Source of the DNA: an uncultured bacterium
GTDB lineage: Bacteria > Chlamydiota > Chlamydiia > Chlamydiales > VGMA01
DNA length: 64,000 nt
Reading direction: 5' to 3'
Assembly (NCBI GenBank): GCA_964655475.1
Contig: CAZZMO010000004.1
Span: 11,377 to 75,376 of the forward strand
The translations under genes and the position numbers were made by a program. Shown piece after piece: positions 27,742-37,945 of the stretch. The notes under the pieces were generated by a model. It was given only the letters and a program-made list of their open reading frames with translations, had not been told where the DNA came from and did not search any database. Numbering within the stretch: the first letter of the stretch is position 1; each line of letters begins with the position of its first letter.

Positions 27742-28785
27742 CTAAGGAAGAGCTTTTTGTACGAAAGAGTCGTAATGAGCGATGAGTTCAGAGGAACTTT
27801 TCGCATCGATGCGAGAAAGTTTTTCGTAGATACGAAGACCAAGCGCCATTTTCCCCATTTCGAAATAGAGAACGCCGAGTCTGAGGAGAATCTCTTTATC
27901 ATCGGGGCGGAGTCTCATGAGGATTTCATACTCATGGATCTCTTCAGCAGTCATCTCGAGATGATGATAGCATGAAGCGAGCTGAGCATGAATCCAAGGA
28001 TCATTTGGAGCGAGATCATCGAGAACGCGCAGTTCTTCGATTGCCCGGTTTGTTGCAAATTGGAACTGATCCCGATTCTTCTTCATCTGGAAGATCTTTG
28101 GAATGAGGTAAGAATCTTGGTAGAGAGGATCGTTCGGTAGTTCATAAATCTTCGCAAGTGCAATAAAGGTGTTCGCAAGTGATGTGTGAACTGCGAGATT
28201 GACAGGTTCAATTTTGATGAGCTGCATGTGCTCTTTGATCGCCATCCCCATCAAAATTTCTTGCATCTTCTGAATGTCTCTCCAGTTGAGCAAGAAGCCG
28301 AGCTTCACTGTCAGTTTTTCACTGAAGCGAAAGGGAGGAACCGAGAGTGTATAAGTTTCACTTTGATAGAGATAGGTTGTGAGCTGGAAGGCAGAGTTAG
28401 CAATGCTGAGGTGATAGTCCAACAAAGAAATATCGACAGGCATCTGTTTTTTCAAGACAGAAAAGAAATCTTTTTGTATCTCTTGGAATTCTTGACCCTT
28501 TTTTCCTTGGAAGTAGTAGATGAGGACAATGTAGGAAAAAATGGAGAGGAGAAAAACAGCAAGTGATAGAGCTAAATATAGAGATTTCGGCGCGTGAAAT
28601 AGAAGGTAGAAGAAGATGGCAAACTGGCACGAAAAGAGGACAGAAAAGGAGAGATGGAAGAGGAGATATGAGCGAATTACTTCCTTAAAACGGCCAATAG
28701 CAGATTGACACTCGCGGTGAATGACATCTGAGTATTCGTCTATGCTAAAAGACGAAACTGCACTCGTTTGATAGAAAGTCGCCAT
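27742..28785 (-). CDS. membrane protein with C-terminal TPR repeats
   Basis: Two TM helices; TPRs such as APNDPWIHAQLASCY and PDDKEILLRLGVLYFEMG. Confidence 0.75.
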   Translation of the reverse strand: MATFYQTSAVSSFSIDEYSDVIHRECQSAIGRFKEVIRSYLLFHLSFSVLFSCQFAIFFYLLFHAPKSLYLALSLAVFLLSIFSYIVLIYYFQGKKGQEFQEIQKDFFSVLKKQMPVDISLLDYHLSIANSAFQLTTYLYQSETYTLSVPPFRFSEKLTVKLGFLLNWRDIQKMQEILMGMAIKEHMQLIKIEPVNLAVHTSLANTFIALAKIYELPNDPLYQDSYLIPKIFQMKKNRDQFQFATNRAIEELRVLDDLAPNDPWIHAQLASCYHHLEMTAEEIHEYEILMRLRPDDKEILLRLGVLYFEMGKMALGLRIYEKLSRIDAKSSSELIAHYDSFVQKALP

Positions 28786-28903
28786 CTATTCGAATCCGAG
28801 ATTTTTACATAGAGGTTTAGCGAAAAAGAGAGTTTTTCTTCAAGTACTATTCTGTAGGGAGATTTTCGCTAAAACTCGATGCTTAACACCTTCTTAATAT
28901 TGT

Positions 28904-29344
28904 TTATCTTGCAACCTTGACTACATGGTTTCTGTACCAATTACAAAAGTCCTTACTGAACCCACACTCTTTCAAAGCAGCTACTACATTTTCTGCATCT
29001 TCTGGACTCATCGGATATAATTTTCCACTCAGCTGAGCCTTAATATCACTTTCTGATGTTCCACTTCTTCTCATTTGACAAAGTTTTTCGATCGTGAGAT
29101 CACTTTTTTCCCCATTTTTATCGATGCTATAACCGATGAGAGCTCCAGCACCTGCACCAATTACACCACCGATCGCTGCACCTGGCCAACCACCAGCAAT
29201 TCCTCCGATTGCAGCGCCGCCGACACCACCTGCAAGAGCTCCAGTCTGAGTTCCTGTTTGGCAACTGGTCATTCCCATAAATACTAGCGTTCCAAGAGAG
29301 AGAAGGATCGCTAACGACTTTTTATTATCCATGATGTTTCTCAC
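28904..29344 (-). CDS. glycine-zipper lipoprotein
   Basis: Lipobox-like MTSC; GALAGGVGGAAIGGIAGG...GAGAGALIG. Confidence 0.8.
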   Translation of the reverse strand: MRNIMDNKKSLAILLSLGTLVFMGMTSCQTGTQTGALAGGVGGAAIGGIAGGWPGAAIGGVIGAGAGALIGYSIDKNGEKSDLTIEKLCQMRRSGTSESDIKAQLSGKLYPMSPEDAENVVAALKECGFSKDFCNWYRNHVVKVAR

Positions 29345-29709
29345 GTTCTAATCATAAAATTGATGACTTTGAAGGGGACTCCTTCAGTTTGTAGCTTGAT
29401 GATATCAGCGGTAGTGAGGGTGAATTTGCTGTGGGTGATTAAAAGGAGTTGGATCATTGTATCTGATTGGATGCCAGATCGTTGCATCGATATCACATCG
29501 TTGAAATCGAGAGTGTTACCCTTTCTAATCTTGTCGAGCGTTTTACTGCTGATCCTTTCTAGAATTTGCACATCGTCTCGACTTAAATAAGGGTCTTCAG
29601 TGATTGAAGACTTCTCTTTGGCGATCGTATTATCAGTTTGACGAGATTCTTGAGTACAAGAGACACAAGTAATACATAACAGCAATATAGCAAGTGGTTT
29701 ACGATTCAT
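29341..29709 (-). CDS. putative lipoprotein related to the C-terminal domain of glycine-zipper lipoproteins
   Basis: Likely start MNRKPL at 29709; lipobox CVSC; DVISMQRSGI and DIIKLQTEGV internal repeat. Confidence 0.65.
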   Translation of the reverse strand: MNRKPLAILLLCITCVSCTQESRQTDNTIAKEKSSITEDPYLSRDDVQILERISSKTLDKIRKGNTLDFNDVISMQRSGIQSDTMIQLLLITHSKFTLTTADIIKLQTEGVPFKVINFMIRT

Positions 29710-29811
29710 GCAAAGAGACCTTTTACTTACACGGTAATCTCTTTGAAACATAATATTGATTATTAATCAATATAAACTAATTGCAACTGTAGATAGATAT
29801 AATTAATTAAC

Positions 29812-29832
29812 AAAGGGAGATGGTCTCCCTTT
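29812..29832 (-). terminator. intrinsic terminator after the response regulator
   Basis: AAAGGGAGA-tgg-TCTCCCTTT hairpin right next to the stop codon. Confidence 0.6.
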
Positions 29833-29834
29833 TT

Positions 29835-30581
29835 TTATAAAGATGCGCTAGCCAGCTCGAGCTCTTCTAATTCTTCATCTCTCTCTTCATCGATGGAGAG
29901 TTTGAAGCGGTAACCAACACCTCTGACAGTGTCGATCCATCGGAATTGGGGGCCGAGCTTTCTTCTGAGGGCAGCAATATGGACATCGATGTTGCGGTCC
30001 ACGACAAAAGCGTCGTCGTTGTGAATATCGTCTAGGAGTTGGTTCCGAGTAAGAACTTTCCCTTTATTCGCTAAGAGTCTCTTCAAGATTCCAAATTCTG
30101 AAAGGGTCAATGAGAGGACTTTGTCATTTTTGCGGAGGAGATAGCGATCTACTTCCATAGTGAATTCTCCGAAAACGAGGACCTTCGGGGCCTTTTCAGA
30201 ATCTTTTCCACGGCGAAGGACTGCTTTGATTCTCGACATGAGGACTTTTGGGGAAAAAGGCTTTGAAACGTAGTCGTCAGCACCGAGCTCGAGTCCTAGC
30301 ATCGTATCGATCTCATCATTTTTCGCAGTCAAGATGATGATAGGGATATTTTTAAGTTCAGGATTGCTCTTGATCTTCCGGCAGACATCAAATCCATTTT
30401 GTCCAGGGAGCATGATGTCGAGAAGGACTAGGTCAGGCTTTTCTCTTTCGACAGCCCTTAAGCCGTTGAGTCCATCTACTTCTACGTGTAGTTTGTACCC
30501 AGAGAGTTCTGCTTGGAGTTTAATTAGCGCTGCAATGTCTTCTTCATCTTCTATCAAAAGGATCCGTTTTTTCTGACTCAT
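29835..30581 (-). CDS. OmpR/PhoB-family DNA-binding response regulator (no adjacent kinase)
   Basis: IEDE, DLVLLDIMLP, GADDYVSKPFS; winged helix RNIDVHIAALRRKL...TVRGVGY. Confidence 0.92.
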   Translation of the reverse strand: MSQKKRILLIEDEEDIAALIKLQAELSGYKLHVEVDGLNGLRAVEREKPDLVLLDIMLPGQNGFDVCRKIKSNPELKNIPIIILTAKNDEIDTMLGLELGADDYVSKPFSPKVLMSRIKAVLRRGKDSEKAPKVLVFGEFTMEVDRYLLRKNDKVLSLTLSEFGILKRLLANKGKVLTRNQLLDDIHNDDAFVVDRNIDVHIAALRRKLGPQFRWIDTVRGVGYRFKLSIDEERDEELEELELASASL

Positions 30582-30641
30582 ATCTGCTGTTCCTGGTCAA
30601 TTACTTAAAGATTTTATAAATTTTTGGATAATCGCGCAAGT

Positions 30642-31319
30642 CTAATCAGCGGGGGGTTTCTTCGGAACGAGAAGATCTTGCCCTGCTAAAATGAGATCGT
30701 TGCTCAAATGGTTCATTTTTCTCAGCGATTCCACCGAGGTTCTGTGCTCTTTTGCTATTTTCTCTAGCGAGTCCCCAGCCTTGACCCGATAAGATTGGAG
30801 GGGATGCCCATCTGCATCTATCGAGGGCTGCCCCATGGCCATCTCACTGATCGTTTTGAGGTGGTCCTTGATCTTCATCATCTCTGTCAAACTTTGGGTC
30901 TGGAGGGAGAGATTTCTCTCCAGCTCGTTGATTTTATCCTTGTACTGCGTGAGAGCTTTTTGGATTTCTGCGTTGTGGAGGAGGAGGTTTTTGACATGCT
31001 TTTCAGACTCTTCCTGCTTCTTTTCCGCCTGGGCAAGGCGAGCTACCATGAGGCCGAGCTGCTCTCGATATTTGTCCATTTTCCCATGTTCGTGGTCGAG
31101 CTCTTCTTTCTTCATGGCCAAAAAGGCATCTTCACTGTTGAGGACTTTCCCCTCTAGAACGCTCAATTCCATCTGATGGGTGTGGAGATCATGCTTGATC
31201 TCTTCAATATCAGCTCTGATCTTGTGGAGCGTTACTTCTAATTGATAGTCTCGTGCGTTAGAGTTATTCCCTGCGCAAGCTGTTAACAAAAAAGATATTA
31301 GGGGAAAGAGTCTCTTCAT
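30642..31319 (-). CDS. coiled-coil lipoprotein with C-terminal LysM domain
   Basis: Lipobox LTAC; YRVKAGDSLEKIAK...L..GQDL LysM. Confidence 0.88.
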   Translation of the reverse strand: MKRLFPLISFLLTACAGNNSNARDYQLEVTLHKIRADIEEIKHDLHTHQMELSVLEGKVLNSEDAFLAMKKEELDHEHGKMDKYREQLGLMVARLAQAEKKQEESEKHVKNLLLHNAEIQKALTQYKDKINELERNLSLQTQSLTEMMKIKDHLKTISEMAMGQPSIDADGHPLQSYRVKAGDSLEKIAKEHRTSVESLRKMNHLSNDLILAGQDLLVPKKPPAD

Positions 31320-32008
31320 GATTCCCCTTGCTTATCGTAGAGTTTGAATTCTACTCGTCGGTTCTTTGCCCAACCCTCTTTTGTGTGTCTTACATCACAA
31401 GGTTTTTCCTTGCCGTAAGAAACTGTATGCACTTGGTCTGGTTTTGCTCCATGCTTGATGAGTAGAGAGCGGATGTGGTTGGCTCGTCTTGTTCCCAAAG
31501 AAAGGTTGTAAGATTCAGATCCCCTCTCATCGCAGTGGCCTGCTACGAAAATGTACATCGATGGATGTTTTTTCAAGTAGCTTGCCATCTTTTCTACCCA
31601 AATCTCTTGATCTTGATTCATGAGAGTGTGTTGATCGGTGTGAAAGTGGATCGTGCGGAACACATCTTGAAGAGCGACTGTCGGATTTTTGAAGAATTCA
31701 ATACCAGGGAGCTCCCCTTTATTCGATCCAGGTGAGAGTTTCGGTTGCGGGATGGCTGATTCTACAAATTGCCCCTGACTTTCTAGATCCTGATCTCTCA
31801 GAGGGATGAAATCTTCTTCTTGATTCGCATAAAAATCTCTTCGACTTGAGACCAATCTTGAGTCGTTCGTTTGTCTGAATAGGGATTGCCCTTTTCTATT
31901 TACATAACGGGAAGCGGTTTTTGTCTCTTCCCAAAGATTGTTCATCGCCCCAGTACATCCAGAGAGGAGTACAACGAGACAGAAGTGGATAAATAGCGTT
32001 TTTTTCAT
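31316..32008 (-). CDS. pal: peptidoglycan-associated lipoprotein Pal
   Basis: Lipobox LSGC; GHCDERGSESYNLSLGTRRA, VSYGKEKP, NRRVEF. Confidence 0.92.
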   Translation of the reverse strand: MKKTLFIHFCLVVLLSGCTGAMNNLWEETKTASRYVNRKGQSLFRQTNDSRLVSSRRDFYANQEEDFIPLRDQDLESQGQFVESAIPQPKLSPGSNKGELPGIEFFKNPTVALQDVFRTIHFHTDQHTLMNQDQEIWVEKMASYLKKHPSMYIFVAGHCDERGSESYNLSLGTRRANHIRSLLIKHGAKPDQVHTVSYGKEKPCDVRHTKEGWAKNRRVEFKLYDKQGES

Positions 32009-32020
32009 CTTAACTCCATA

Positions 32021-33379
32021 TTAGGGCTCCCATGAGGGATAGTGTTTTTTCCCGGGTCCACGAGTAATTTGTACCGGTTCTAACTGATTTAAGTCGAGGA
32101 GGAATATATCGAACGAAGGGGAGGTCGTATTGTAGACGATGTGTAAGCTATCCTCTGCAAAGCAAGGATTTTCTTTATTTGCCTGACCCGTGGTGAGCTG
32201 CATCTCTTCTCGCTTTTCTATGTCATATAGCCAAAGTTGGCGTACTCCATTAGTTTTAGCACTGTAGATGATTTTTTTTCCATCAGGAGACCAACTTGGA
32301 GAAGTGTTTTCTCGATTCGTTGTTGTAATGCATTGGAGCTCTGGAGATTTCCGATCGTGCAAAACTTGCAATAAATCGATGATATAAATCCTTGGAGCGC
32401 CATCTCGATCTGAAACGAACGCAATTTTTGTCCCATCAGGACTAAAAGTAGGGGAAGCTTGCACCGCTCCCGCTTGAGAAAAGATCTGTATCGGTTTATT
32501 GAGACAGCCAAGCTCAGGATCGAACATCTGCAAAAAGAGATCAGCTCTTCCAGAAGCGTCAGAGATGAAGGCAATCTTATCAAATTTTCGGGAGATAGCA
32601 GGGAGGAGTTGGTTGCCTCGAAGGGTCATCACTGGCTTGCCCCTTTTTTCTCCGTTTCCACTGCAGTAAATCTTTGGCTGGCCATGCTTGTAGCAGACAT
32701 AGAGAAACTTGTAGTCATTTTGATCAAACATCGAATTTTTCCGATGGGCAACCGAAGCGGGGATCAAGAGTGGTGAGATTGAATAACTATCTTCAAAAGT
32801 GAGCTGTCGAAGCTGTCCACCATCGATGCGGCACTCCCAAATTTCAGAAAGCCAATCCTCTCCCTTTTCATTTTGCATCGCAAAAAGGACCCTTTTTTGC
32901 GCAATCCCTACAATGTTGTAGAGAGTCTTATGGATGAGGTCTGAAATTTTATGAATCAAAACTTCATCCTCTCCCAAAATTCCTGAAAGGGGGACGGGAA
33001 GGAGCTCTCGAAGTGAAGAGGCTCTCACATCAAAGATTTGAACAGAAAGTTTATTTTGCCGAATAGCAGGGACAACCACGTACTGAACTCCCACCTTTGA
33101 CCAATACTCAGAAGAGAAGGCCTCTTCGAGATTTTTCTTGTGGGCTACCTTTTCTTTGTCAGGCTGCCTTGGAGAGAGGAGTGTATATCCACCACATTTC
33201 AGATCAAACGAAAGGGTATTCGATAAACTTTCAGCGTACTTAGCTGTGAACAGTTCAGACTCAGTTTCCATTTTCGCAAGATAGAGAGGATGGACCCCTT
33301 TTTCTGTTTCGAGGGTCACAACGAGCTCTTCAGCGAAGGCTACACTGACAAAAAATAAGAGTAAGTATTTCAACATCAT
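32021..33379 (-). CDS. tolB: Tol-Pal system protein TolB
   Basis: PD40 repeats SPTFSPDGTKIAFVSDRDG and SPSWSPDG; position upstream of pal. Confidence 0.9.
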   Translation of the reverse strand: MMLKYLLLFFVSVAFAEELVVTLETEKGVHPLYLAKMETESELFTAKYAESLSNTLSFDLKCGGYTLLSPRQPDKEKVAHKKNLEEAFSSEYWSKVGVQYVVVPAIRQNKLSVQIFDVRASSLRELLPVPLSGILGEDEVLIHKISDLIHKTLYNIVGIAQKRVLFAMQNEKGEDWLSEIWECRIDGGQLRQLTFEDSYSISPLLIPASVAHRKNSMFDQNDYKFLYVCYKHGQPKIYCSGNGEKRGKPVMTLRGNQLLPAISRKFDKIAFISDASGRADLFLQMFDPELGCLNKPIQIFSQAGAVQASPTFSPDGTKIAFVSDRDGAPRIYIIDLLQVLHDRKSPELQCITTTNRENTSPSWSPDGKKIIYSAKTNGVRQLWLYDIEKREEMQLTTGQANKENPCFAEDSLHIVYNTTSPSFDIFLLDLNQLEPVQITRGPGKKHYPSWEP

Positions 33380-33382
33380 TTA

Positions 33383-34048
33383 TTAACTTTGAAACGTGAC
33401 AGTAATCGATAAGTTCGATGTGGTAGGTGGCGATGGCAACTTCAAGTGAGGTAGTGTCTTTTCGAGGTAGCGCAAGTTCACATCACTTTTCGATGAAACA
33501 CTCTCTATCTTAGCAATCTCTCCATTTGGTTGTACAGTGATAGTTAGTTTAACATCGCCCGATTCAGGTAGAGTAAGGCTTTGTCGAAAGATCACACTAA
33601 TCGTTTCGAAATAAGATTGTTGAAGATTTGTTTCCCCTTCTTCCCATTCACCCACTTCCATCTTCTCAAAAGTAAGAGGTTTCATTTCAGGGGCATGTTT
33701 CAATTTTGATTCAATACCTGCAATATTCGACTCCAATTCTTTTAAGAGATCTTTCGCCTTTTCGAATTTCGGCGCTGGCTTGGGAAGCTCTTTTGAAACA
33801 GGCTTCGGCGCTGGTTTTTTTTGCTGAGGAGCAGCTACAGGCTTAGGTTTGGGTTTCGGTTTTGGTGCCGAAGCGGGGGCAGATACTTTATGAGTAGAGG
33901 AGCTTTTTTTTACCTCTTGTATGATCTTAGTGGTGACAGCCACTTTTTTCGGCAGAGCCTTTAAAGGAGGAGATGGAGAGAAAAAGACAAATAAGAGACA
34001 GAAGAGATGGAGAGAGAGCACAAAGAGGAAGATCCGTTTTTCCATCAC
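33383..34048 (-). CDS. tolA: TolA/TonB-like energy transducer
   Basis: TM helix with SLHL, Pro/Lys-rich linker (PKPKPKPKP), TonB/TolA-like C-domain; lies between tolR and tolB. Confidence 0.7.
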   Translation of the reverse strand: MMEKRIFLFVLSLHLFCLLFVFFSPSPPLKALPKKVAVTTKIIQEVKKSSSTHKVSAPASAPKPKPKPKPVAAPQQKKPAPKPVSKELPKPAPKFEKAKDLLKELESNIAGIESKLKHAPEMKPLTFEKMEVGEWEEGETNLQQSYFETISVIFRQSLTLPESGDVKLTITVQPNGEIAKIESVSSKSDVNLRYLEKTLPHLKLPSPPTTSNLSITVTFQS

Positions 34049-34467
34049 TCCGCCTTCAAAATGACATCCATTTCTAGAAAGCCCGCTTTTTCAACAGCTG
34101 TTTTAATGGTTTGATACGTTCCAAAAGAGGCATCCCTATCATGATAGATCTGAGGCGTTTCTGATGGGTAAGCTTTTTTCAATGCAAGGAGAGCTGGCTC
34201 TAAGTCTTGAAGACGGATCTCTTTATTGTTGAGACGGATCAGATTGTCTTTTGAAACATGGAGAGCGATCATAGGGCTTTGATTGATATCGAGAGATTGA
34301 ACCGTTTCTTGTTTTCCATCAGCTAGCTGAATGTGATCAATACTCAGCATCGGTGAGATGAGGATGAAAAAAATCAAGACGACAAAGAGTACATCTAAGA
34401 GTGGGGTAAGATTGATGAGACCTCCCACATCGATTTCGTCGAGTTCAAAAGAATTTCGTCTTCTCAT
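34045..34467 (-). CDS. tolR: TolR/ExbD biopolymer transport protein
   Basis: INLTPLLDVLFVVLIFFI motif. Confidence 0.88.
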   Translation of the reverse strand: MRRRNSFELDEIDVGGLINLTPLLDVLFVVLIFFILISPMLSIDHIQLADGKQETVQSLDINQSPMIALHVSKDNLIRLNNKEIRLQDLEPALLALKKAYPSETPQIYHDRDASFGTYQTIKTAVEKAGFLEMDVILKAE

Positions 34468-35165
34468 ATCGTGTCGACTTTTCTATATTGCAATTCAATT
34501 GTGTTGAGAAGCGATGAGCTGAAGTTGTTCATATCAAAGTACAGATCTTTCAGAGCGCTTTTCAAGTAGTTGTAGGCAATTAGAGCTGGGATCGCAATAA
34601 CTAGACCAAGGACAGTAGTTGCAAGCGCTGTGGAAATCCCCCCGAGCATGAGCGCGTTTGAATTGACGCTCGATCCTTTTTGCATCTCAGCAAAAGAGAG
34701 TAGAATCCCCCAGACTGTTCCTAAAATCCCAACAAAGGGAGCCAGTGAGACAATCGTTCCGAGGAGAAAAAGATTTTTCTCGAGAGCTTTTGCTTCATCA
34801 GTAATAGCGTTTTGGACATGACTATCGATGAGATCGATATCAGCATGAGAGAGGAAGACAGGCTCTTCCCGTTTTGCCTGATGGAAGTAATGGTTTTTAT
34901 CGAGGATTTCAATTGTTTTACTCTTAATCGATTCAAACACTTTTAAAAAAGGATGGCTTGAATCGGTTGGATTGATCGAAAGAATCGCCCCTTTTTTTTC
35001 TTGCACGAGGCGTTGTAATTGGGTCCCATTTTTTCTCACTGAGCGGAGGAGAAAGACCTTATAGAGGAGTAAGTACCATGTGACAAGAGAGAGGAAAAAG
35101 AGGGCAAAGAAAATCAATTTCCCGAAAAAATCGGCCTGGATAAATGCTTGAATAAGAACGGACAT
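34464..35165 (-). CDS. tolQ: TolQ/ExbB/MotA proton channel protein
   Basis: APFVGILGTVWGI and GISTALATTVLGLVIAIPA motifs. Confidence 0.9.
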   Translation of the reverse strand: MSVLIQAFIQADFFGKLIFFALFFLSLVTWYLLLYKVFLLRSVRKNGTQLQRLVQEKKGAILSINPTDSSHPFLKVFESIKSKTIEILDKNHYFHQAKREEPVFLSHADIDLIDSHVQNAITDEAKALEKNLFLLGTIVSLAPFVGILGTVWGILLSFAEMQKGSSVNSNALMLGGISTALATTVLGLVIAIPALIAYNYLKSALKDLYFDMNNFSSSLLNTIELQYRKVDTI

Positions 35166-35258
35166 AGAGAGTATACTCGCTGGAAGACTTTCTTTTGATC
35201 ATTCTGTCCGATTTGCTGTTCAAATTCAAGAGGTCTTTAACTACTTGGGTGAAATTTT

Positions 35259-36113
35259 ATGATTTATCTCTTTATATTCCTCCAAACCTTATGTTTTGCG
35301 ACTCACTACCCGCTCAAATATGAACCGATCGACGTAGTGATCCCTTGTCATCCGAAGGATAAAAAAATTCTGAAACGGGCTCTACAAGGTGTCAGAGAGA
35401 ATGTGAAACCTCTCGGCAATATTTATATCATCTCCCCTTATAAGTTCATCGATGAAAATTGGATCAACGAAGATCACTTTCCCTTCACTCATCTATTTAA
35501 GGGGAAAGATCCTGAAATTTATCGTAGAGTATCCCCAGGCTATATCGATTCTTCTCCAGGTTGGCTCTTGCAGCAGCTGATCAAGCTGCATGTGTTTGAA
35601 GTTTTACCAGGCCTTTCTTCGAATGTTCTACTCCTCGATGCGGACACTATTATTTTGCAGCCCCTCTCTCTCATCAATCAAAGGGGAGAGCCGATGTTTC
35701 CTGTAGGGAGTCAGTATCATGAGCCTTACTTCCATTATGGAAAGAAATTGCTTCCTGGATTTCGAAAAGTATTCTCTAATCATTCGGGTGTTGTGAATAT
35801 GATGCTCGTTCAAAGACCTGTCATGGAAGATCTTTTGAAAACGATTCGAGAACATCACGAGTGTGAACCTTGGGAAGCGATGATCCGCTGCTACCTTCCG
35901 AACTATCAGCCCGATTGGATCGAAACCAAACGCTCAGTTGTAAAAATGTCAGAATATGAGCTCTATTTTAACTTCATCTTTGATCGGACAAAACAGGCCC
36001 ACATTTCACAAATCGAGTGGGATGACAAGGATAAATGGGATGCGGCCTCTCTCAAAAAGTATCGAAAGGTAGGATATAAATTCATTAGCGCACACCATTG
36101 GCTTAGAAAATGA
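35259..36113 (+). CDS. GT-A-fold glycosyltransferase-like protein (DUF6492-like)
   Basis: IDVVIPCHPKD, GWLLQQLIKL, DxD motif LLDADT, SEYELY. Confidence 0.7.
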   Translation: MIYLFIFLQTLCFATHYPLKYEPIDVVIPCHPKDKKILKRALQGVRENVKPLGNIYIISPYKFIDENWINEDHFPFTHLFKGKDPEIYRRVSPGYIDSSPGWLLQQLIKLHVFEVLPGLSSNVLLLDADTIILQPLSLINQRGEPMFPVGSQYHEPYFHYGKKLLPGFRKVFSNHSGVVNMMLVQRPVMEDLLKTIREHHECEPWEAMIRCYLPNYQPDWIETKRSVVKMSEYELYFNFIFDRTKQAHISQIEWDDKDKWDAASLKKYRKVGYKFISAHHWLRK

Positions 36114-36880
36114 TTGATACACATGCACATATGACAGATGATCGGATGTGGGCCGAAATTGATACACGGATGGATGAGGCTCTCTCGGCTGGCGTGACAA
36201 AGATTGTGAATATCAATACCGATCGAACAACTCTTGAAAGGGGACTTCTTCTTCGAGAAAGGTATCCTTTTCTCTATAACGCCGGTGCAACAACCCCTCA
36301 CGATGTTGAAAAAGAAGGGGAGGAAAATTTCCCCTTCTTTGAAAAAATGGCGCGAGAAGAAAAACTCATTGCAATCGGAGAGACGGGGCTCGATGCATTC
36401 TATACCCATTCTCCAAAAGAGACCCAGTGTCGATTCCTGCGGAAATATTTTCACCTCGCAAAAGAGGTAAAACTTCCAGTCATCATCCATTGTAGAGATG
36501 CTTTTGAGGATCTCTTTCAGATCGCTGATGAAGAGTATCCGGGGCTTCCCTTACTTCTTCATTGTTTCACAGGAACTCTTCAAGATGCTCTGAAAGCAAT
36601 TGATAGAGGGTGGTACATCTCTTTTAGTGGGATCATTACCTTTAAAAAATCGGGAGAGCTTCGAGCAATATTGCCTCATCTTCCTCTTACTTCTATTTTG
36701 ATCGAAACGGATGCTCCTTATTTGGCGCCCCAGTCGAAAAGAGGGGAGCTCAATCGCCCAGCCTGGGTTAAGGAAACAGCTCTTTGTATCGCAGAGACAT
36801 TAGAGCTCGATTTAAACGCAATTCTCACGGCGACAACGGGGAACGCAGAGTCTCTGTTTCGTTTTGAAAGATGTTCTTGA
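36110..36880 (+). CDS. tatD: TatD family deoxyribonuclease
   Basis: IDTHAH, AIGETGLD, IIHCRDA, HCFTG, ETDAPYLAP. Confidence 0.93.
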   Translation: MIDTHAHMTDDRMWAEIDTRMDEALSAGVTKIVNINTDRTTLERGLLLRERYPFLYNAGATTPHDVEKEGEENFPFFEKMAREEKLIAIGETGLDAFYTHSPKETQCRFLRKYFHLAKEVKLPVIIHCRDAFEDLFQIADEEYPGLPLLLHCFTGTLQDALKAIDRGWYISFSGIITFKKSGELRAILPHLPLTSILIETDAPYLAPQSKRGELNRPAWVKETALCIAETLELDLNAILTATTGNAESLFRFERCS

Positions 36881-36932
36881 ACGAAATTTTAAAAAGCTCA
36901 AGAATGAAACATAACATCTTCTCACGGAAACC

Positions 36933-37943
36933 ATGAATACAGACACTTTATCATTACCGAAACCTGTGGTGTGGCGAAGGCTTCACTCATTAACGGGGCT
37001 ATGGTTTGTCCTTTTTTTGATCGAACATTTATTCACGAATTCTCAAGCAGCTTTACTTTTTGGCGATGATGGAATGTGGTTTGTGAGGAGTGTGAACTGG
37101 CTTCACAACCTCCCTTACTTGCAAGTGATTGAAGTTATTCTCCTCGGCGTACCGATGCTCTATCACGCGATCTTAGGTGTGAGATATCTATTCACATCGA
37201 AGGCGAATGTCGTTGGGAGAGGGAAAAAACGGCCGCAGCTATCTTATGGGCGCAACTGGGCTTATACTATACAAAGACTGAGCTCTTGGATCCTCCTTGT
37301 AGGACTCATTTTGCACGTTTGGTACATGAGATTTGATCTCTATCCCGCAGTGATTCACGAAGGAAGTCAAACCTATTACTTTGCAAAATATCACATCGAT
37401 GAAGGTTTGTATTCAGTAGCAGATCGTTTAGAGGTAAAACTTTACGACATGGAAGCGATCGAGCAGGAGAAAGTGCACTTCGCTAAACAAGCTCCGAAGA
37501 TGGATCTCGTGAGACAAAAATTACAAACGATTCAAGAAGAGGAGATGTCAGACAAAGGGGTCTATAACTCTGAAGTCGACAGCGTCTACCAAAGCTGGCA
37601 ATCGTATAAAACAAAACAAAAATTCATCCATGGCTTAGAGAGTCAGAGCTTAAGTGATGGAGAGGTGATGGCAGTATCGACGAATTTTGGGAACATCATG
37701 CTCCTCAACGTTAGAGAGGCCTTTAAAAGTGTGACCAAATCGATTCTCTACACCATTTTTGTTGCAGCTGCTTGCTTCCACGCTTTTAATGGCCTTTGGA
37801 CCTTCATGATCACTTGGGGACTCATCCTCAACGTGAGAAGTCAAAAAAGTGCAGTGAGCGTTTGCTATTCATTGATGGTCATCATGGCCCTTCTCGGTTT
37901 CATGGCGATTTGGGGAACCTATTGGATTAATTTAAGGCATTGA
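36933..37943 (+). CDS. sdhC: succinate dehydrogenase cytochrome b558 subunit
   Basis: RRLHSLTG, FLIEHL, YHAILG, FHAFNGLWTF..TWG heme-ligand motifs. Confidence 0.9.
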   Translation: MNTDTLSLPKPVVWRRLHSLTGLWFVLFLIEHLFTNSQAALLFGDDGMWFVRSVNWLHNLPYLQVIEVILLGVPMLYHAILGVRYLFTSKANVVGRGKKRPQLSYGRNWAYTIQRLSSWILLVGLILHVWYMRFDLYPAVIHEGSQTYYFAKYHIDEGLYSVADRLEVKLYDMEAIEQEKVHFAKQAPKMDLVRQKLQTIQEEEMSDKGVYNSEVDSVYQSWQSYKTKQKFIHGLESQSLSDGEVMAVSTNFGNIMLLNVREAFKSVTKSILYTIFVAAACFHAFNGLWTFMITWGLILNVRSQKSAVSVCYSLMVIMALLGFMAIWGTYWINLRH

Positions 37944-37945
37944 TC

